A DNA stretch of 64,000 nt from Camelus dromedarius (GCF_036321535.1 NC_087437.1:91018001-91082000); one strand, 5' to 3'. Positions 49,648 through 63,822 are shown, numbered from the stretch's first letter. Program-made: numbers and translations. Notes: generated from the sequence alone by a model not told the origin.

Positions 49648-50993
49648 TAAAGGTTAGTAGAATATACCAACTCCATATAATATGCTACTTTGGCATAAGG
49701 ATTATTTTGCACTGAAAGCAACTGAGAAGAAGCGGATACAAGAAAATCCTCTGCCTTTACCAACTGTCTAAAAGTAGGGCATAAATATGTAAAGGTGCCT
49801 ACCCTCCCCCTACCTTCAACCAGGAAGGGCAGAAGTTAATGATTGGAGAGGTCTCTAGACTCTTATTAGTTCAGAGATGGCACTTCAAGGATCTACATAA
49901 CAAAGTTTGTTAAAACTGGCCCTGATCATCCTCCTGCACTGTTGGTGGCGATATGAATTGGTATAGCCACTATGGAGAACAGTATGGAGGTTCCTTAAAA
50001 AACTAAAATTAGAATTACCATATAATCCAGCAATCCCACTCTTGGGGATATATCTGGAAAGGATAAAAACTCTGGTTCAAAAAGATACATGCACCTCAGC
50101 GTTCCTAGCAGCTCTGTTTACAGTAGCCAAGATAGAGAAACAACCTAAATGTCCATTGATAGATGATTGGATAAAGAAGATGTGGTATACACAATGGAAT
50201 ACTACTCAGGAATAAAAAAGAATGAAATAATGTCATTTACAGCAACATAGATGAACCTAGAGATCATCATACTAAGTGAAGTAAGTCAGACAGAGAAAGA
50301 AAAATATCGTTTGATACAACTTATATGTGGCATCTAAAAAATGATACAAATGAACTTGTATACAAACCAGAAATAGACTCACAGACACAGAAAACTAACT
50401 TATGCCTTACCAAAGAGGAAAGGAGGGGAGAGTGATAAATTAAGAGTTTGGGATTAACAGACACATACTACCATATGTAAGATAGATAAATAACAAGGTC
50501 CTACTATATAGCATGGGGAATTATATTCAATATCTTATAATAACATATAATGGAGAAGAATCTGAAAAAAATTCTTTGAATACCTTTGCTGTATACTTGA
50601 AACTAACACACATTGTAAATCAACTATACTTCAATTAAAAAGAAAAAAAAAACCTATTCCTTATCTACCATTAGTTTCCCTGATGTATTTACTTTACATT
50701 TACCTTCCAACAATTCACAGACCCTAGATGCTCAAAGTCCTTTTTCTTTGTCATTTTGTTTTTCTAAAAATGTATTGTTCTTTTGTTAAGAAGCTATATA
50801 AGCCTAAGTTCTAACCACCCTTTGAATAATTACTCATCTCTGAGTGCTCCCATGTATGTATGCATGATGCATGCATTAATAAACTTACTTGTTTTTTCTC
50901 TTGTTCCTCTTGTCTTTATTGTTGGTCTAATTTACAAGACCCCAGCTGGAGAACCACAACGAGTGGAGAAAAAATTTTTTTTTCTCCCTTACA
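49648..50993 (+). mobile_element. MER34A1-like ERV1 solo LTR split by an L1
   Basis: aatatgctactttggcataaggattatttt...[L1]...ctatataagcctaagttctaaccaccc...aataaac...ttctcccttaca. Confidence 0.85.
49928..50650 (+). mobile_element. 5'-truncated artiodactyl-type L1 3' end
   Basis: tgcactgttggtgg...cagcaatcccactc...aagtgaagtaagtcagacagagaaag...ttgtaaatcaactatacttcaattaaaa + A tail; degenerate TSD aaaactggccctgatc / aaaacctattccttatc. Confidence 0.9.
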
Positions 50994-51309
50994 TTTTCAT
51001 CAAGAGTTACATTTTTCATGGACTAGAGACAATGATATATGAATATTATTAAACATACCCCCCTAAAATCACCCCCAACCCGAACATGGAGAAAGGTTCT
51101 TGTTTGCTTGATCAGCAATTGGCCTGTCCTATTTCTTGGAGAATAACTAAAAGGAAAGTAAATAAATCCATCTACTTAATGAAAAGCTGAAACAAAGGGA
51201 AAAAAATGGCTAACACTGTATAGCAAGTTGTTTGGAGAGTAAAGAATAGGAATCTCCAGGGCATCTGGTAGCTGTAAACAATCAGAAAATAGAGAAAAGC
51301 AAATTTGTA

Positions 51310-51698
51310 AAAACATTTATACAATTTTAATGATTACACTCCATTTACAGTTAGTCCAAAATACTGGCTATATTCCCTGGGTTGAACAATACACCCTTGT
51401 AGGCTATCTTACACCCAACACTTTGTACCTTCCACTCACTCACTGCTATACCTTGTACCTTGCCCCTCCCCTCCTCCCCACTGTAACCACTACTTTATTC
51501 TCTATATCTGTGAGTCTGCTTTGGTTTTTGTTATATACACTAGTTTGTTGTATTTTTTAGATTCCACATATAAGTAATATCATACAGAATTTGTCTTTCT
51601 CTGGCTGACTTATTTCACTTCACATAATGCCCACCAGGTCCATCCATGTTGCTGCAAATGCCAAAATTTCATTCTTCTTTATGATTGAGTAGTATTCC

Positions 51699-51737
<39 letters not shown>

Positions 51738-52170
51738 ATTTATATAATATACCATATCTTCTTTAGCTGTTCATCTGTTAATGGACACTTAGGTTGCTTT
51801 CATGTTTTGGAAACTGTAAATAATGCTTCTATGAACATTGGGATGCATGTATCTTTTTGAAATAGGGTTTTTGTTTTTTTCAGGTATACACTAGGAGTGG
51901 AATTGCTGGGTCATATGGTAGTTCTATTTTTAGTTTTTTGAGGAACTTCCATATTGTTTTCCACAGTGGCTGCATCCAATTTATATTCCCACAAACACTG
52001 TGAGGGTTCCCCTTTTCTCTACATCCTCACCAATATTTGTTATTTGTGTTCTCCTTGATGATAGCTATTCTGACAGGTGTGAGGTGATATCTCATTGTGG
52101 CTTCTTAATTTGCATTTTCCTGATGATTTGCAACATTGGACATCTTTTCATGTGCCTGTTGGCCACCTGC
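51310..52170 (-). mobile_element. 5'-truncated L1 3' end containing (TG)n at 51701-51733
   Basis: ttacactccatttacagtta...ttttagattccacatataag...gagtagtattccattgtg...ggaattgctgggtcatatggtag; degenerate TSD agagaaaagcaaatttgta / agaggaaacaagattgta. Confidence 0.9.
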
Positions 52171-53109
52171 AGAGGAAACAAGATTGTAACTGTGACAGAA
52201 TTATGCATTTAATAACTTTTAATGTTTTTCAAGTAATACAATAAAGAATCATTTAAAAATTTTTTGATACTAGATTTTTCAAAAAAATTCAGCCCTGCTT
52301 ACATCAAGACTGGAAACAGTGGCATTTTTTTTTCATTTGGCTTAAATGTTCCCTTTAGTATCTAAATCTATAGGAAAACTGAATGTGTATTTTCTCATAA
52401 TAGTTTTTCAAATATTTAAAGTTAGCTTTCATGTCCTTCACATTTCTACTTCTTCAATGTAGTTTCCATTTTCTTATTTAACATTTCTATTTTCTGACCA
52501 TCCTACATCCTGTTTTCTGACTTTCATATCCCCTTTTATCCCCTTCTGAAAGTACTAATCATATATGATTAATAACTGGAAGTAATTTTCAAATATTATC
52601 AACCCTTCATTGGCTCATTCCTTGTCTTGACTGGGATACTCAGTGCTAATATGCTATGATCATATATCAGCATACTGTAGCACAGCAAATCCAACTATCT
52701 CGTAAGGTGATAGGGGTCAATTAAAATCCTCATATTTTACACAAATTGCTGTCAAACAAAATATCCTCCATCCCAATTAATTACATATTTAATTTATATG
52801 CAGAGACTACATAAATTCGTGTTAAATCATTTAACTTGCCAAAATGATACTTTATTATTTAAAACATTTGGAAAATGAGCCATCAATTCCACTTGTGTCA
52901 TTTGCCATTTCTATTATATCAGACAAGTTTTATCTCTCAAGATGAAACAAATTTTCCATTTCCTCTCTATTACCCAGTTCAGTAAATCGGCACCACAATT
53001 CATACAATTTTCTAATTAAACAAAATATTATATCACCAAAATCTGGTTATACAGTCTATAACCAGGATATGTCCATTTCAAGTCACTTGAAGGAGATGAG
53101 TAAATTGAA

Positions 53110-53530
53110 ATATATCAAATGTTCTAGATGAAAAGAGTTAATATAATAAATCTTTGATTTTCAACTACTAATATGCGCAGTTAATGCCAATTCTGTTACA
53201 ACCTAAGCTTTTTAAAAAAAAAATTTGAACAAAGTGAAATTTAAACTTCAAGCAAAGGACAAATACTAAAGAAGATAACTACAAAAACAATAATCACAAA
53301 AGACTTCCGCATATCAGTGTACACTCAAATCCTATAAATATAATTTTAGGGTAGCGCAGAGTCAACAAATAGAGAAACCTGATTAGATCCTTATGCTTAG
53401 GAGAAATTAATATATGGAAAAACAGTAGTTCAATTTAGTGGGGAAAATGCAATTTTAAATAAAATATGATGGTACTACTGACTATATGATGAAAATTTAT
53501 AGCATCCTACATGATTTTACACTTTAAAAA
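53110..53530 (+). mobile_element. Old L1 (L1ME-like) ORF2 C-terminal relic
   Basis: caacaaatagagaaacctg..tagatcc...caatttagtggggaaa...ttaaataaaatatgatgg. Confidence 0.45.
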
Positions 53531-53534
53531 TATA

Positions 53535-54340
53535 ATTGTCTTAGACATTTTCTCTATATACATTAAGCATCACTTCAGATGTTGTTATAATGTTTGTTTC
53601 AACCATCAAATATAATTTGCAATACTTGTGAGAAGTAAGACAGTTTATGATACTCCCCCCAGTTTTACTTCTTCTGGTGTTCTCTTTTCCTTTCTGAATT
53701 ACCAATCCTGTTCTGTTGTAGTTTTCCTTCTTTTTAGAGAACCTACTTTAGCCATTCTTTAAGTTTGCTAACACCAACTTCCTGTAGTTTTCTTTCATCT
53801 GAGAATGTCTATATTTGGTTTTAATTCATGAAGAGTACATATACAGATAAAGAATTCATGGTTGGCAATTCTCTTCTTTCAGCACTTGAAAAGCATCATG
53901 CTGCTTTTTGGTCTCCATGGTTTCAGATGAGAAATTCACTCTTTCAAATTGGTCTTTCCCTAGATAAGTAATATTTAATTTCTCTGTGACTGCTTTTAAA
54001 TGTTTTATTTATTTTTAGTTTTTAGAAATTTAATTATGATGTGTCTTGGAGTAGATCTCTTTGGTTCTATCCTATTTGGAATTTGCTAGCCTTGATAAAC
54101 TTACAAGTTTAGACCATTCAGCAAATTTGAAATTTTAGCTGCTATTTTCTTTGGTTGTCCCACAGTTTCCAGATATTCTGTTCTGTTTTTGTTTTTGTTT
54201 TGTTTATCTGTTATCTCTTGGTTGTTCAGTTTGGGTATATACTATTGGTCTATACTCAAGTTCAAAAGTTTAATATTCTGTCATTTCCACTCTACTATTG
54301 AGTTCATCCAGTGAGGTTTATTATATTTTTTTTTGTTACT
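53535..54340 (-). mobile_element. Old L1 (L1MC/L1MD-like) ORF1-region fragment
   Basis: ttcatctgagaatgtct...agaattcatggttggca..ctttcagcacttgaaa...ccatggtttcagatgagaaattc...tatgatgtgtcttggagtagatctctttg. Confidence 0.7.
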
Positions 54341-57300
54341 GCAAATCTATTATTTAAATGTTAAAAATTTCAACTTCTCCAAAAGATGTAATTCTTTCAA
54401 ATATGTTTGCACCAGATGGAAATAAATAAAATCAAACTATTAAAATATAATGTATAATAATATTTTATATGAGATATAAATTATCTCATGTAAAATATAT
54501 GGAAATTCAATTGTTTATATACACTCATTTTTTTTAACTTCTATTTCTTTCCTAAAATTTTCTCTTTATTTTTCATAAGTATTCAGATTTAGTCATTTAA
54601 AATTTTTCTTTATGGTTTTTTCTTAAACCACTAAATATGTGTCAGTATGAATCTTTGTACCTTTACTTCAGGGAAGTAGGGGCTTTTAACTTGTTATTAA
54701 TTTATAACTTTATTTTATTATTCTTGGATATCATGATATTTGATACCTATTTTTTAAAAATTTATGAAATTTCTTTTTGGCATAATTTATGAATCTTTTA
54801 TATTATTACTATGCACTTGAGAAAAATATATACTATCTGAATTATGGATGAGAGTTCTTTTTATATCAAAGGGCAAACTTGTTAATTGTGTTGTTTATTT
54901 CAACTACATCATTGCTAATGTTTATTCTACCTGTCAGAAATCAAGAGATGCACACAGAAAATTCTTACTTTGTGGTTTTATTATTTTTTGCTGTAGTTAT
55001 ATTAATTTTGTTTTCTTTTAGTTTTATATATATTCCTTGAGCTTAAAATGTTCAATATGCCAAAATGGTATATTTTAAGGTAACATGTTCTGAACATCAT
55101 CTCTCATAATAAGAGAATTTATGTGCACTTTTTCATTCCTTGGTTTCCTTCCTTTCCAAACCTTTCCATATTGATAGTATCTTGCCTTCAAATTTTGGGT
55201 TATAATGTATGTCTTCTCTCCCTCTCTCTCTCTCTCTCGATCCCTTTCTATTTATATCTCTATATCTATCTCTTTTGTTCTAGTTAATAGGAGTGAGAAT
55301 TGTATTCACATACATGATGACTTTTACTTCAAATATCTACATGGATTTCTTTTCTTTCTTATATTGTGGCCTTTGCATTCTGCAGGATCTTTCAACATGC
55401 AATTGTTCTTTTTTTTTTTTTTTTTTGATATATATATATAATAGGAGTCAGAGAAAACTATATAAAAAGAAAAAAAGAAATATATGAAGACTAGTAGAGA
55501 TGGGGGAAAAAAGAATCATTGCCATATTGGACCATAGCTGATGTGTTTTCCAGCATGTATCTTTTGCAAAAGAACCCCAAACCCACTGATAATGGAGTGG
55601 TATTTCTCAAACCCTTTGCCCCATTAGTTAAGCAGCTCTGACTGTTAACTTGAGTTGAATAATAAAGCTATTTGACCTTCTTTCACTTGTGAGGAGATAT
55701 TTCTGATGTTTACTCATGTAGTAGACATTGCTTTGGACCTTGGCTCTGCTTAGTGGCAAGATCCCAACCCCTCACCTACTCTTTAGTTCCATTTCTGTTC
55801 TACCTCATTTCTTAGAGATGCAATTTTACTCATTATCGTGAGTTCTTTTTAACTCTTATTTCTCTTATATACAATTTCCTTTCCTGGCTTCAAAAAAAAA
55901 AATATATATATATATATTATCTTTTCTACCCTTTTTAGATATTTGTGACAGAAGATATAGGTTTCACCATGGACTCAGTCCACTATCTTGATGTGTAAAT
56001 CTTCTCTATATTTATATTTGATAAATTATTTTTTGGAAAGAAGGAAAATGAGAGAATCTAAAACAAACTTTTGTAGCAAGAGAAAAGGGGGCTTGTCAAT
56101 TGAGGTTATAATTCTTAAGAGGTTATATTTAATGTGACTTTTTCTTGGTTAGGCATTATAATCATTCTTGGAGTGTTAGAACCAGCATTTCCAAAGCTGA
56201 GAGTCAAAAAACTAACATACAGAAACTTAGTTGGGAGGCGAGGGGCAGTTGCTGTGGGGCAGACAATTCTTCAGGACATTTACACCATATAAAATTCTCT
56301 CTGTACACAAGAACTAAGAATTTAAATGAATATCAAGTCAATAATGATTTTGGAAAATATACATGATGCTACTCTTCAGAGTGAAGAGTCTAAGATCTTG
56401 TTCATGCAAATTTTACATTGTTGGTTAAGGCTTTTTGACAATTTTATATAAACATTTTTTTTCAGGAAGTGAAAAGGAAGGTAAAACTAAGTATTTGAGA
56501 TTTCTACTAAGAAGGTAATTAATAATAGAAATATTTGATTTTTAATTTATATTCTATAACTATTTGGTCAAAGGGGGTTTTAGCTATTATCAAATGACTC
56601 ATATTTGGATATCACTCTGTTTAACTAAAATAACTAATCTATAAAAAGTTCCTACTATGACAAAGCCATTTTGGGGGCTTACACATGTGTTAGGCATTTT
56701 CTGTCTACTGATTTTTCTTGGTATTAATGAATGTCTTGCAAGATTTCATGGTATTGGGTCACAAAAAAAAAAAAAAAAAAGAAAAGAAAATGTGAAATTA
56801 AATCAAACATTTTCTTTTCTTCTAATTTAATATAAGTATTAAGGCCTCTGAGTAGATAATTGTAATTGGAGATGGTGCTATTTTGCAGTTGTGCACAGAA
56901 AATACTCTTGAGTAATGAGTTACTTGCTGGTCATTTGAAATGGAAAGGCTTTATATTAAAATGGAATATTTTCAGGCATGTCTTAATGAATATACTGTAA
57001 AAAGTTGAGAGAAGTTATTTGAATTAGAAGAAAGATGGGAACACAAGAGTTGTGGTATAATAAACAGTTCAATTTTAATGTATCTTATGGTGAGTTAAGG
57101 TAATGAACAGTGAAGCAAGTTTAGATTGTGGAGGATGTTAACTCTCAGATTTAAAAAATATATTTCTTTCTAAGGGTAGAGAGGCATTAGTAATTCACCA
57201 AAACATGACCTAGTCCAACCTGAGTCTGTGAGATAATAATTTAGCACTAATTTACAAAATTAATTAGAAGAAAAGAAAGGAGATTAGAATCAGAGATACT

Positions 57301-57434
57301 GGGTACCATATAGTACAATAGTCTGGGCACAAATGATTGGTTTTCACTATAATAACAGAAGTGAGAATGGGGTCGACCAAATATTTCTTCCCTTGCAGTT
57401 TCTAATAAATAAACAAAAAAACATACAAAGGTGA

Positions 57435-57575
57435 GTTTTATTTTCATAGTCAAGGACACAGAGGGCCTGAGAGTCATAGTAACATGCTATAGTTAACATA
57501 TTCAGTCAGTGCAAGAGCTGGCAAGTAGAAACTTGTCTGAATTATCTTAAAAGTCATGCTTTTTTACTATATTAA
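57435..57575 (-). mobile_element. MIR fragment
   Basis: attttcatagtcaaggacacagaggg.ctgagag...cagtcagtgcaagagctgg...aaagtcatgctttt. Confidence 0.55.
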
Positions 57576-58054
57576 TTGCTACAAGAAAGAAATGGTTTAG
57601 ATAATATATTTATAAATTTCAAAATTATATGTATATTTTCTTCAAATGTACATGCATTTTATTTCATTTCAATCATAAAAATAATAATATAGAAATATAC
57701 CAAAAATATTTGACATTTATTAAAATATTCTATTAATAAAAGCTTATCTTCTCATTAAATAAACTGAGAATTTTAAAAATAATTTTTTGCTTTATATATT
57801 GAAAGTGTTAATATGTTTACAAATTGATTTTTGCAAATTGAATAGCTTTTCTGTTATAAACTTTTTATATCAATTATATTTTCCTTTGAAGTTGTATTAT
57901 ATGCCATTGTGTTTGCTAGTATTTAAAGGCAAGAATCTTTAATAATCTTTTCATTAATAGTTTAATATCTCTAAGTCACCAGTTTATAACTAGTATCAGA
58001 AGGAATTCTAGACAAAATCCTTTTGTAAAAGAGTGATTGTAGACTAAAGCAATA

Positions 58055-58238
58055 ATGGAAATTGGTAAAGGGTCTTAGTAGTCATTTGCTCTACGTGTTC
58101 CTTTTTACAATAAAGTAACAATGACAGAACAAAGAAACAAAATTCTTTTCTAAAGTCACAAATAACCAGGTGGAGAATCTTAGATTTTGACTTCTGAATT
58201 GATTCAGTGTTTTTCCCAACTACATTTCATTGCCTTCC
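58055..58238 (-). mobile_element. MIR3/MIRc fragment nested in the CR1
   Basis: aaagggtcttagtagtcatt...ttttacaataaagtaac...ctaaagtcacaaa...ttcagtgttttcccaactaca...tgcct. Confidence 0.6.
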
Positions 58239-60129
58239 TCTCTAATATAAATAAATGTACATGTGCAAAGCACAATGAAGAATCCAAATGATATAAAATA
58301 TTACATTGAAAGTCTGAATTTTTCAATAGTAGATTTTCATACAATAAAGCAAACAGGATGAAATCAATCTTCACTACTTACTGCTAATACCTTTTATACA
58401 TTTAACATATGAGATTGATTTTTGTTGGCTTATATACCAAGTAAATATCAAAATACTGTATTTGTGAATCTAATTGTCATGATTTAAAGGCAGATACTTT
58501 ACTGAAAAATCTTCTTTTTATTCAGCACTTTTCCTTAGATGTTAAAAGTAATAACCCTAACACAATATCACACCATCTTGGCAAAATATTGACGGATTAA
58601 ATGCTAAAGATCACACTTTATTTTTCACTTCAATTGTTAAAACATTCTGAATTCACAAAGTTCAGTTTTATAGTAGTTATATCTGCATCAAGAGACCCCA
58701 CAAATAATTTTATTGAGAATTTCCCTCTGATTCGGAGACCAATGTTAACTGGTTGATATGATCTTTGCTTAGATGTTTACCTCATCCTGATTATTTAGGA
58801 ATTTAGTAAATGTGTTGTTTATCTGTACACCTACCCAACTAATGCTGTAATAAATACATTTATAAATAAAATAAAAATAAATTAATACTGTGCACTAAAA
58901 TGAGCATTACTATTTTGGGGGTCTTTCGTAGATTCACTGTTTTTCATGTTGTATGCAGCTAACTTACATTCATCGTAAATAGATTTCAAGCTGTCTTCTC
59001 ACATATTATAAGTTATGATACTTAGCTTACTTACAAGTATAAAATTATTTTAAACACTTATTTTTGTCAGCAACATAAACTTTGATTATAGATCTTTTTT
59101 TAAATTATTTAATACAGCTTTAATTTCAATTATATCATTAGGTATATTATTTAACAAGATAAAATATATATCACTTGTTTGCTTTCTGAAGTATTGGAAA
59201 AAAAATCAGTGCTTTTTACTCCACTTTTTAATTATTTCATTACAAAATCTTGAGACCAAATTGAGAGAAATAAGACTTTAGAAAGAAATTTCCACACAAA
59301 CACATCAGATGATTATCAAGCTTATATAATTGTGACTATATTTAATACATATTTTGCCTAGTTTTCTTTTTATAACTTAAATTAGTATATACCATCTTAC
59401 TTTAATACCCTTGACTTGGTTTTCTAAAAATTCCAATTTAAAATAACCACTGTTCTTGCTGTAACTCTGGACATAATACTTTCAAATTAATTTTTTTTTG
59501 TGATATTTTATCCTGATGTTTTAAATTCTCAATTTAAAAAAATAAAAGAATATACACTGATTTTATTTAGGGATCAAGTTTTGTGTGGAATCAAAATTTA
59601 GGCATTGTTTCTTTAAAAGAAACTTGAAGTTCTTTATCTTAGTATTTTATTCTTCCTCTTTAAAACAAAGATAAAATAATATTAAGCTCTTCCACTATCT
59701 AAAAAGAAAAAAATCAGATAAAAATTTGAACATTACTATTTCCCAATATTAACATTTCTACTTTAGAAATTACATTAAATTGCTCATGCTAATTTTGTCA
59801 AATTTATCTCCCAGGATAATAAATTATTGTGTCTTGGATTTTTTTGTTCATGATCATAGTGATCTTGGTGAAGATCTTAAGAGATAAATGATTAAGGCTG
59901 TCATTTTAAATCAGTCAATAACCAGATATACATCTAGGTTAGACAAATATCTTCTCTTTTACAAAATAAAAAAAAAATAAAAACCTGCTTCTGTAGCTTG
60001 CTGTGTGATAATAAAAGGAGATAATAAGGAAATAGCTCTTTGAAAATAAAAGAATTTCTGGATACAGGATTTGAGAAAGCATGATGTATTTCTGAATTAC
60101 ATGCAGATGACTCAGGCTCTAGATTTTAA

Positions 60130-60362
60130 GAATTGGTGAGAGAAGAAGCCAGAAAATCAAACAGATGTCAGAATCTTGTAGTAGATGCTAAGAAATTTGA
60201 ACTTTGTCCTTTGAGTGATGGGACCGATTAAAGGCTTTTAAACAGGGGAATACGTTGGTCAGATTTGTATTTATGAAAGATCGTTCTGGCAGCAGTGCGG
60301 AGAATGAATCGGTTGTGGGCATGACTGGAGGCAGGGAAATTCGTTAAGAAACATTTGCAAAG
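60130..60362 (-). mobile_element. L2 fragment
   Basis: gctaagaaatttgaacttt..tgatggga...ttttaaacagggga...tcagatttgtattt..aaagatc.ttctggcagcagtgcggagaatg...gactggaggcaggga. Confidence 0.75.
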
Positions 60363-60369
60363 AGACCAT

Positions 60370-60535
60370 TGACATGACACTGGGAATACAAGGCCCCCAT
60401 TCTAGCTCGGCCACTAATTGTCAGTACTGTTACCTCCAGCAAGACACTGGCCCTCTCTCAAGCCCGCAGATGCCTGAGAAAAATGAGAGGGTTGGACTAG
60501 TTGGTCTCTAAGGTCCTTTCTAGCTCTGATGGTGT
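60370..60535 (+). mobile_element. MIRc/MIR3 SINE
   Basis: ttctagctcggccactaatt...aaaatgagagggttggactag.tggtctctaaggtcctttctagctctga. Confidence 0.8.
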
Positions 60536-62169
60536 AATGTTATAAAGCTTCCATAGTATATTCCAATATATATCTACTGAAGAATTACTTTGTTAGTAAT
60601 CTCCCTTCGAGTCCCTATTCTGTCATTATATTAAAATTTGGAGAACAAAGTTCTCTCTCTAAGGTATTAAGGTGCAATTGGTATTTCCTAATTTGTAAGA
60701 CAAGGCAGGGATTGTTGCTTATTGTCTAATTCTTGTAATTCTTAAAACATTATGTACTTGTAGAGCATACTGGTAGAGTAGTTATAATGCTCCTATTTAT
60801 AAAAATGCCAGGAAACATGTTTTAGATATTGTTGATAATAAAGTTTTCAAACACATCTCTGAATTTGAGTAAATTTTTAGCAGTTCACTTTTTGAATCAT
60901 ATAGACATACTCATTTTAATTTATTTCTTCTTTGTAAAATTTAAACTGAGTGATAAAACCTTGGACACTGTAGAATAGTTTTAGTAACAGTCATTATCCA
61001 CATTATTAAAATCACAGAAACCAAGATTGTATCTTCCTTGCTCATTTGTGAACATTTGCTCATTAATATTTGGTTCAATGTAAATGACTTGGTATAATAT
61101 CTATTTTTTAAAAGTTCACAATTGTTTGGAATCATATCCTATGACTGTTATATGAATTTGCATGCTGTTGATAAACTGCTTACTTTTATTTTTAACTGCA
61201 GTGTCAAAAATGGCAGAATTTGATGCAATTGTTTGTTTTAAATTAGTTTTGATGTTTTGGACCCAGAAGATTCTGAAAGAAAACAGTAACTGTTTAAAAA
61301 TTTTGACTTTGTCATTTCTTGAGAAATGTACTTATTCTTGTTTATAATGCAGCTTTTGTTTTCAAGGGCACACTTTTTAAAGAATCGTATCTCTGCCAAC
61401 CTTATAACACCATCTTCTCTGGGTATTAGGATATTTCTGGTTCTAAAGATTTTTTTGTTCTGTTTTTCATTCACTGCCCACCTCAGTTCCCTAATGGGAA
61501 CTGTTTATAGAGCAAGTTTTATCTATTTCAGTTTTTCATGGATTCTTTTAGCTCTTGTTATTTTTCCTTATAATACTTGACAAAGATTAATGTACTAAAC
61601 AATAAATTATATACTGCATATTAACAAATTAGACAATGAGTTAATATTATATATATTTTACATTTCTGGTACCTATAGCATTTTAAATATTCTATGCCTT
61701 TAAAAATATTTCTATGAGACTTTGATACTGTTTAGAGAAAAATATAATTGTGAATTGAATAGAGCTCTGGGAACCAGAACTAAGCCACCACTCTGAAGGT
61801 GGCTTAATTATCTGAAGAATGTTAGGTGAATCTATTAGTCACTTCTCTGATAATCAGTGTGCATAGGTTGAAATGAAGTTTTATTTTTCCTTCTAAGTAT
61901 TTGATTCTGAGTACTTATGTTCTAAGGCATAATATTCTCTCAGAAAATTACTTTGGTAATTATATAATTAAGCATATTACAACTGAAGTAAAGCATCTGT
62001 AAACCTCTTACATGTATAATAAATTTAAAGTTTAGTTTACTGTAATATCAATATCTAAGTAAACAGTGTGATATAGCTCTGAAAAGACCTTAAAGGGAGA
62101 TCCTTAACTGAAGAGAAAGTTGATAGCTATCCCATAAATGTACTGCTTCAAGTACCACCTTCATCTCCA

Positions 62170-62395
62170 ACACCCCTGACTTTGCTTTAGTTCACATTTA
62201 CCTTTCTCCTCAAAACTTTTGAAGCGGCCCCTTATCTTTTCTCATGCATCTGGATTTGCTTTACTACAGTCCTCTATGCTGCTAATCATCCTTCTAAAAA
62301 TAACTGCTTTTTTTCACTGAAAATAATAAGATAACTTCCACTAACCCTAAAGATTGAAGGCTCAGTTCATTAGTATGTTATGTAAGGCCCTGCTT
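62170..62395 (+). mobile_element. L2 fragment
   Basis: ccttctaaaaa...aacttccact..cctaaagattgaaggctc..ttcattagtatg..atgtaaggccctgc. Confidence 0.45.
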
Positions 62396-63689
62396 AATTG
62401 TGTAGTCAGGGGTTTAGTCTGTGCCTAAGTTCTTGTACAGGTCTATCAATACTTAACTACCCACACTCTAAAACTCATCGTAAGTTTTACCATTTCTAAG
62501 AAGCAGTTATGAATCCTCTCTCTGTCTAAAACACATATGTATTTAGTCTTTTATGTACTTTTAAGGTACACATATATACTTCAATCTGTATCTCCCTTAG
62601 ACCAAGGCGAAAGAGGCCTCTGATCTTGGCCAGTACATTAGAAGACCCACAGTTCATAAAAACATAGCAAATTAATTTAATAAAGTACACTTGGGCACCT
62701 CTGTCACTCTGGATCCAATGCTTAAGGTTGGCACAGGGTGATCATAACCCTAAATATCTGTTCCGTGAGCATTGTCTTTCTGGACCTAGGATAATTTGCA
62801 GTATCACTTGCATATGTCCTTGAAATAATGGATGTCTGAATACTGAGAACATTTGTGGATTGTACTGCTGCCTACACGTTAAAATGCACTGTGACAGAGT
62901 GTGGAGACAATTTGAGCATCAGAAGCATTTAGGTAAGAGAAAAGACAAATTAATTAACTTGTCAAATCCTTCTTCCCAGCATGAATGTAATAGATCCCTG
63001 CATAACCAAGTATCATTTCCCAATAGCACTCAGCGACCTTTTATTCTTTCTTAACTTTTGTTTCAATTCTTGATTCCAGAGATACTCCAGAATTACATGC
63101 TGTTCAGCACAGTTGCACACGGTGATTGAAGACATATTGAAATATTAAACAATCTGTCTTACTGTAAATGTATATATGTAGACTTAGATGAAATATATGT
63201 ATAACATGATACCAATTTTTTTCATCCGTAACAATATGAAAATTGACTACTAGCATTTTGAATAGTTTTATTTTTCATAAAAATCTAATGATTTAATTTT
63301 TCAAAAATTTAAATTACTAACTTGATATTTATAGCCTTTTGATATTAAAGTGTTGATTTTCTTTTAATTTTAGTGAATAACTTTATTTGAAAAATATTTT
63401 TGAAAAAATAATGTTTGAATTTTATACTTACTTTCATTTTAATTTTAGAAAAGTATATACAAATTATACTCTTTTTGAGTCTTAGAATTTACTATCAGTA
63501 GGTCAAAAATTTTGTGAAAATACCCAAAAGAAGAGATTTTGCTACTGTGATGACAAAAAAATTGTATAAAATAATTATATAATAATTTATTAATTACATT
63601 TAAATTTTCATCCAAATGTTGCTACCCCATCAATCAGACAATCAAATATGGAACATATATAGTCAATTAAATATCTCTGAACCATCTGT

Positions 63690-63822
63690 ATGAGATGACA
63701 GATGTTGATTAAAATTCAGGTGGTAATCATTCCATTTTGTAAGTCAAATCATTAAGCTGTACAACTTAAACTTACATGATGCTGTGTGTCGATTACATCT
63801 CAATGAAACTGAAAGGGGAAAA
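63690..63822 (+). mobile_element. L1MC1/2-like 3' terminal fragment
   Basis: gtggtaatcatt...gtaagtcaaatcattaagctgtacaacttaaacttaca..gctgtgtgtcgattacatctcaatgaaactg. Confidence 0.75.

Larger units (their letters stand above)
57600..61450 (-). mobile_element. Ancient CR1/L3 LINE, most of ORF2 (endonuclease plus RT), fragmented
   Basis: Minus-strand motifs in order: VIYIEPNINEQ..FCDFNNVDND (~VYYRPPNQ..GDFNYPDI), LTN*E, LIPK, VRRQL, SYQPVN..EILNKII (~NYRPVS..KILEQII), FSKVS..HDN*IHK (~FSKAFD.V.HDIL..K), SRIP (~SGVP), QFA (~KFADD). Confidence 0.6.

Noticed and set aside
61781..61806. 9-bp inverted repeat taagccacc/ggtggctta
   Set aside because: Within chance expectation for 64 kb; no TSD or MITE body.
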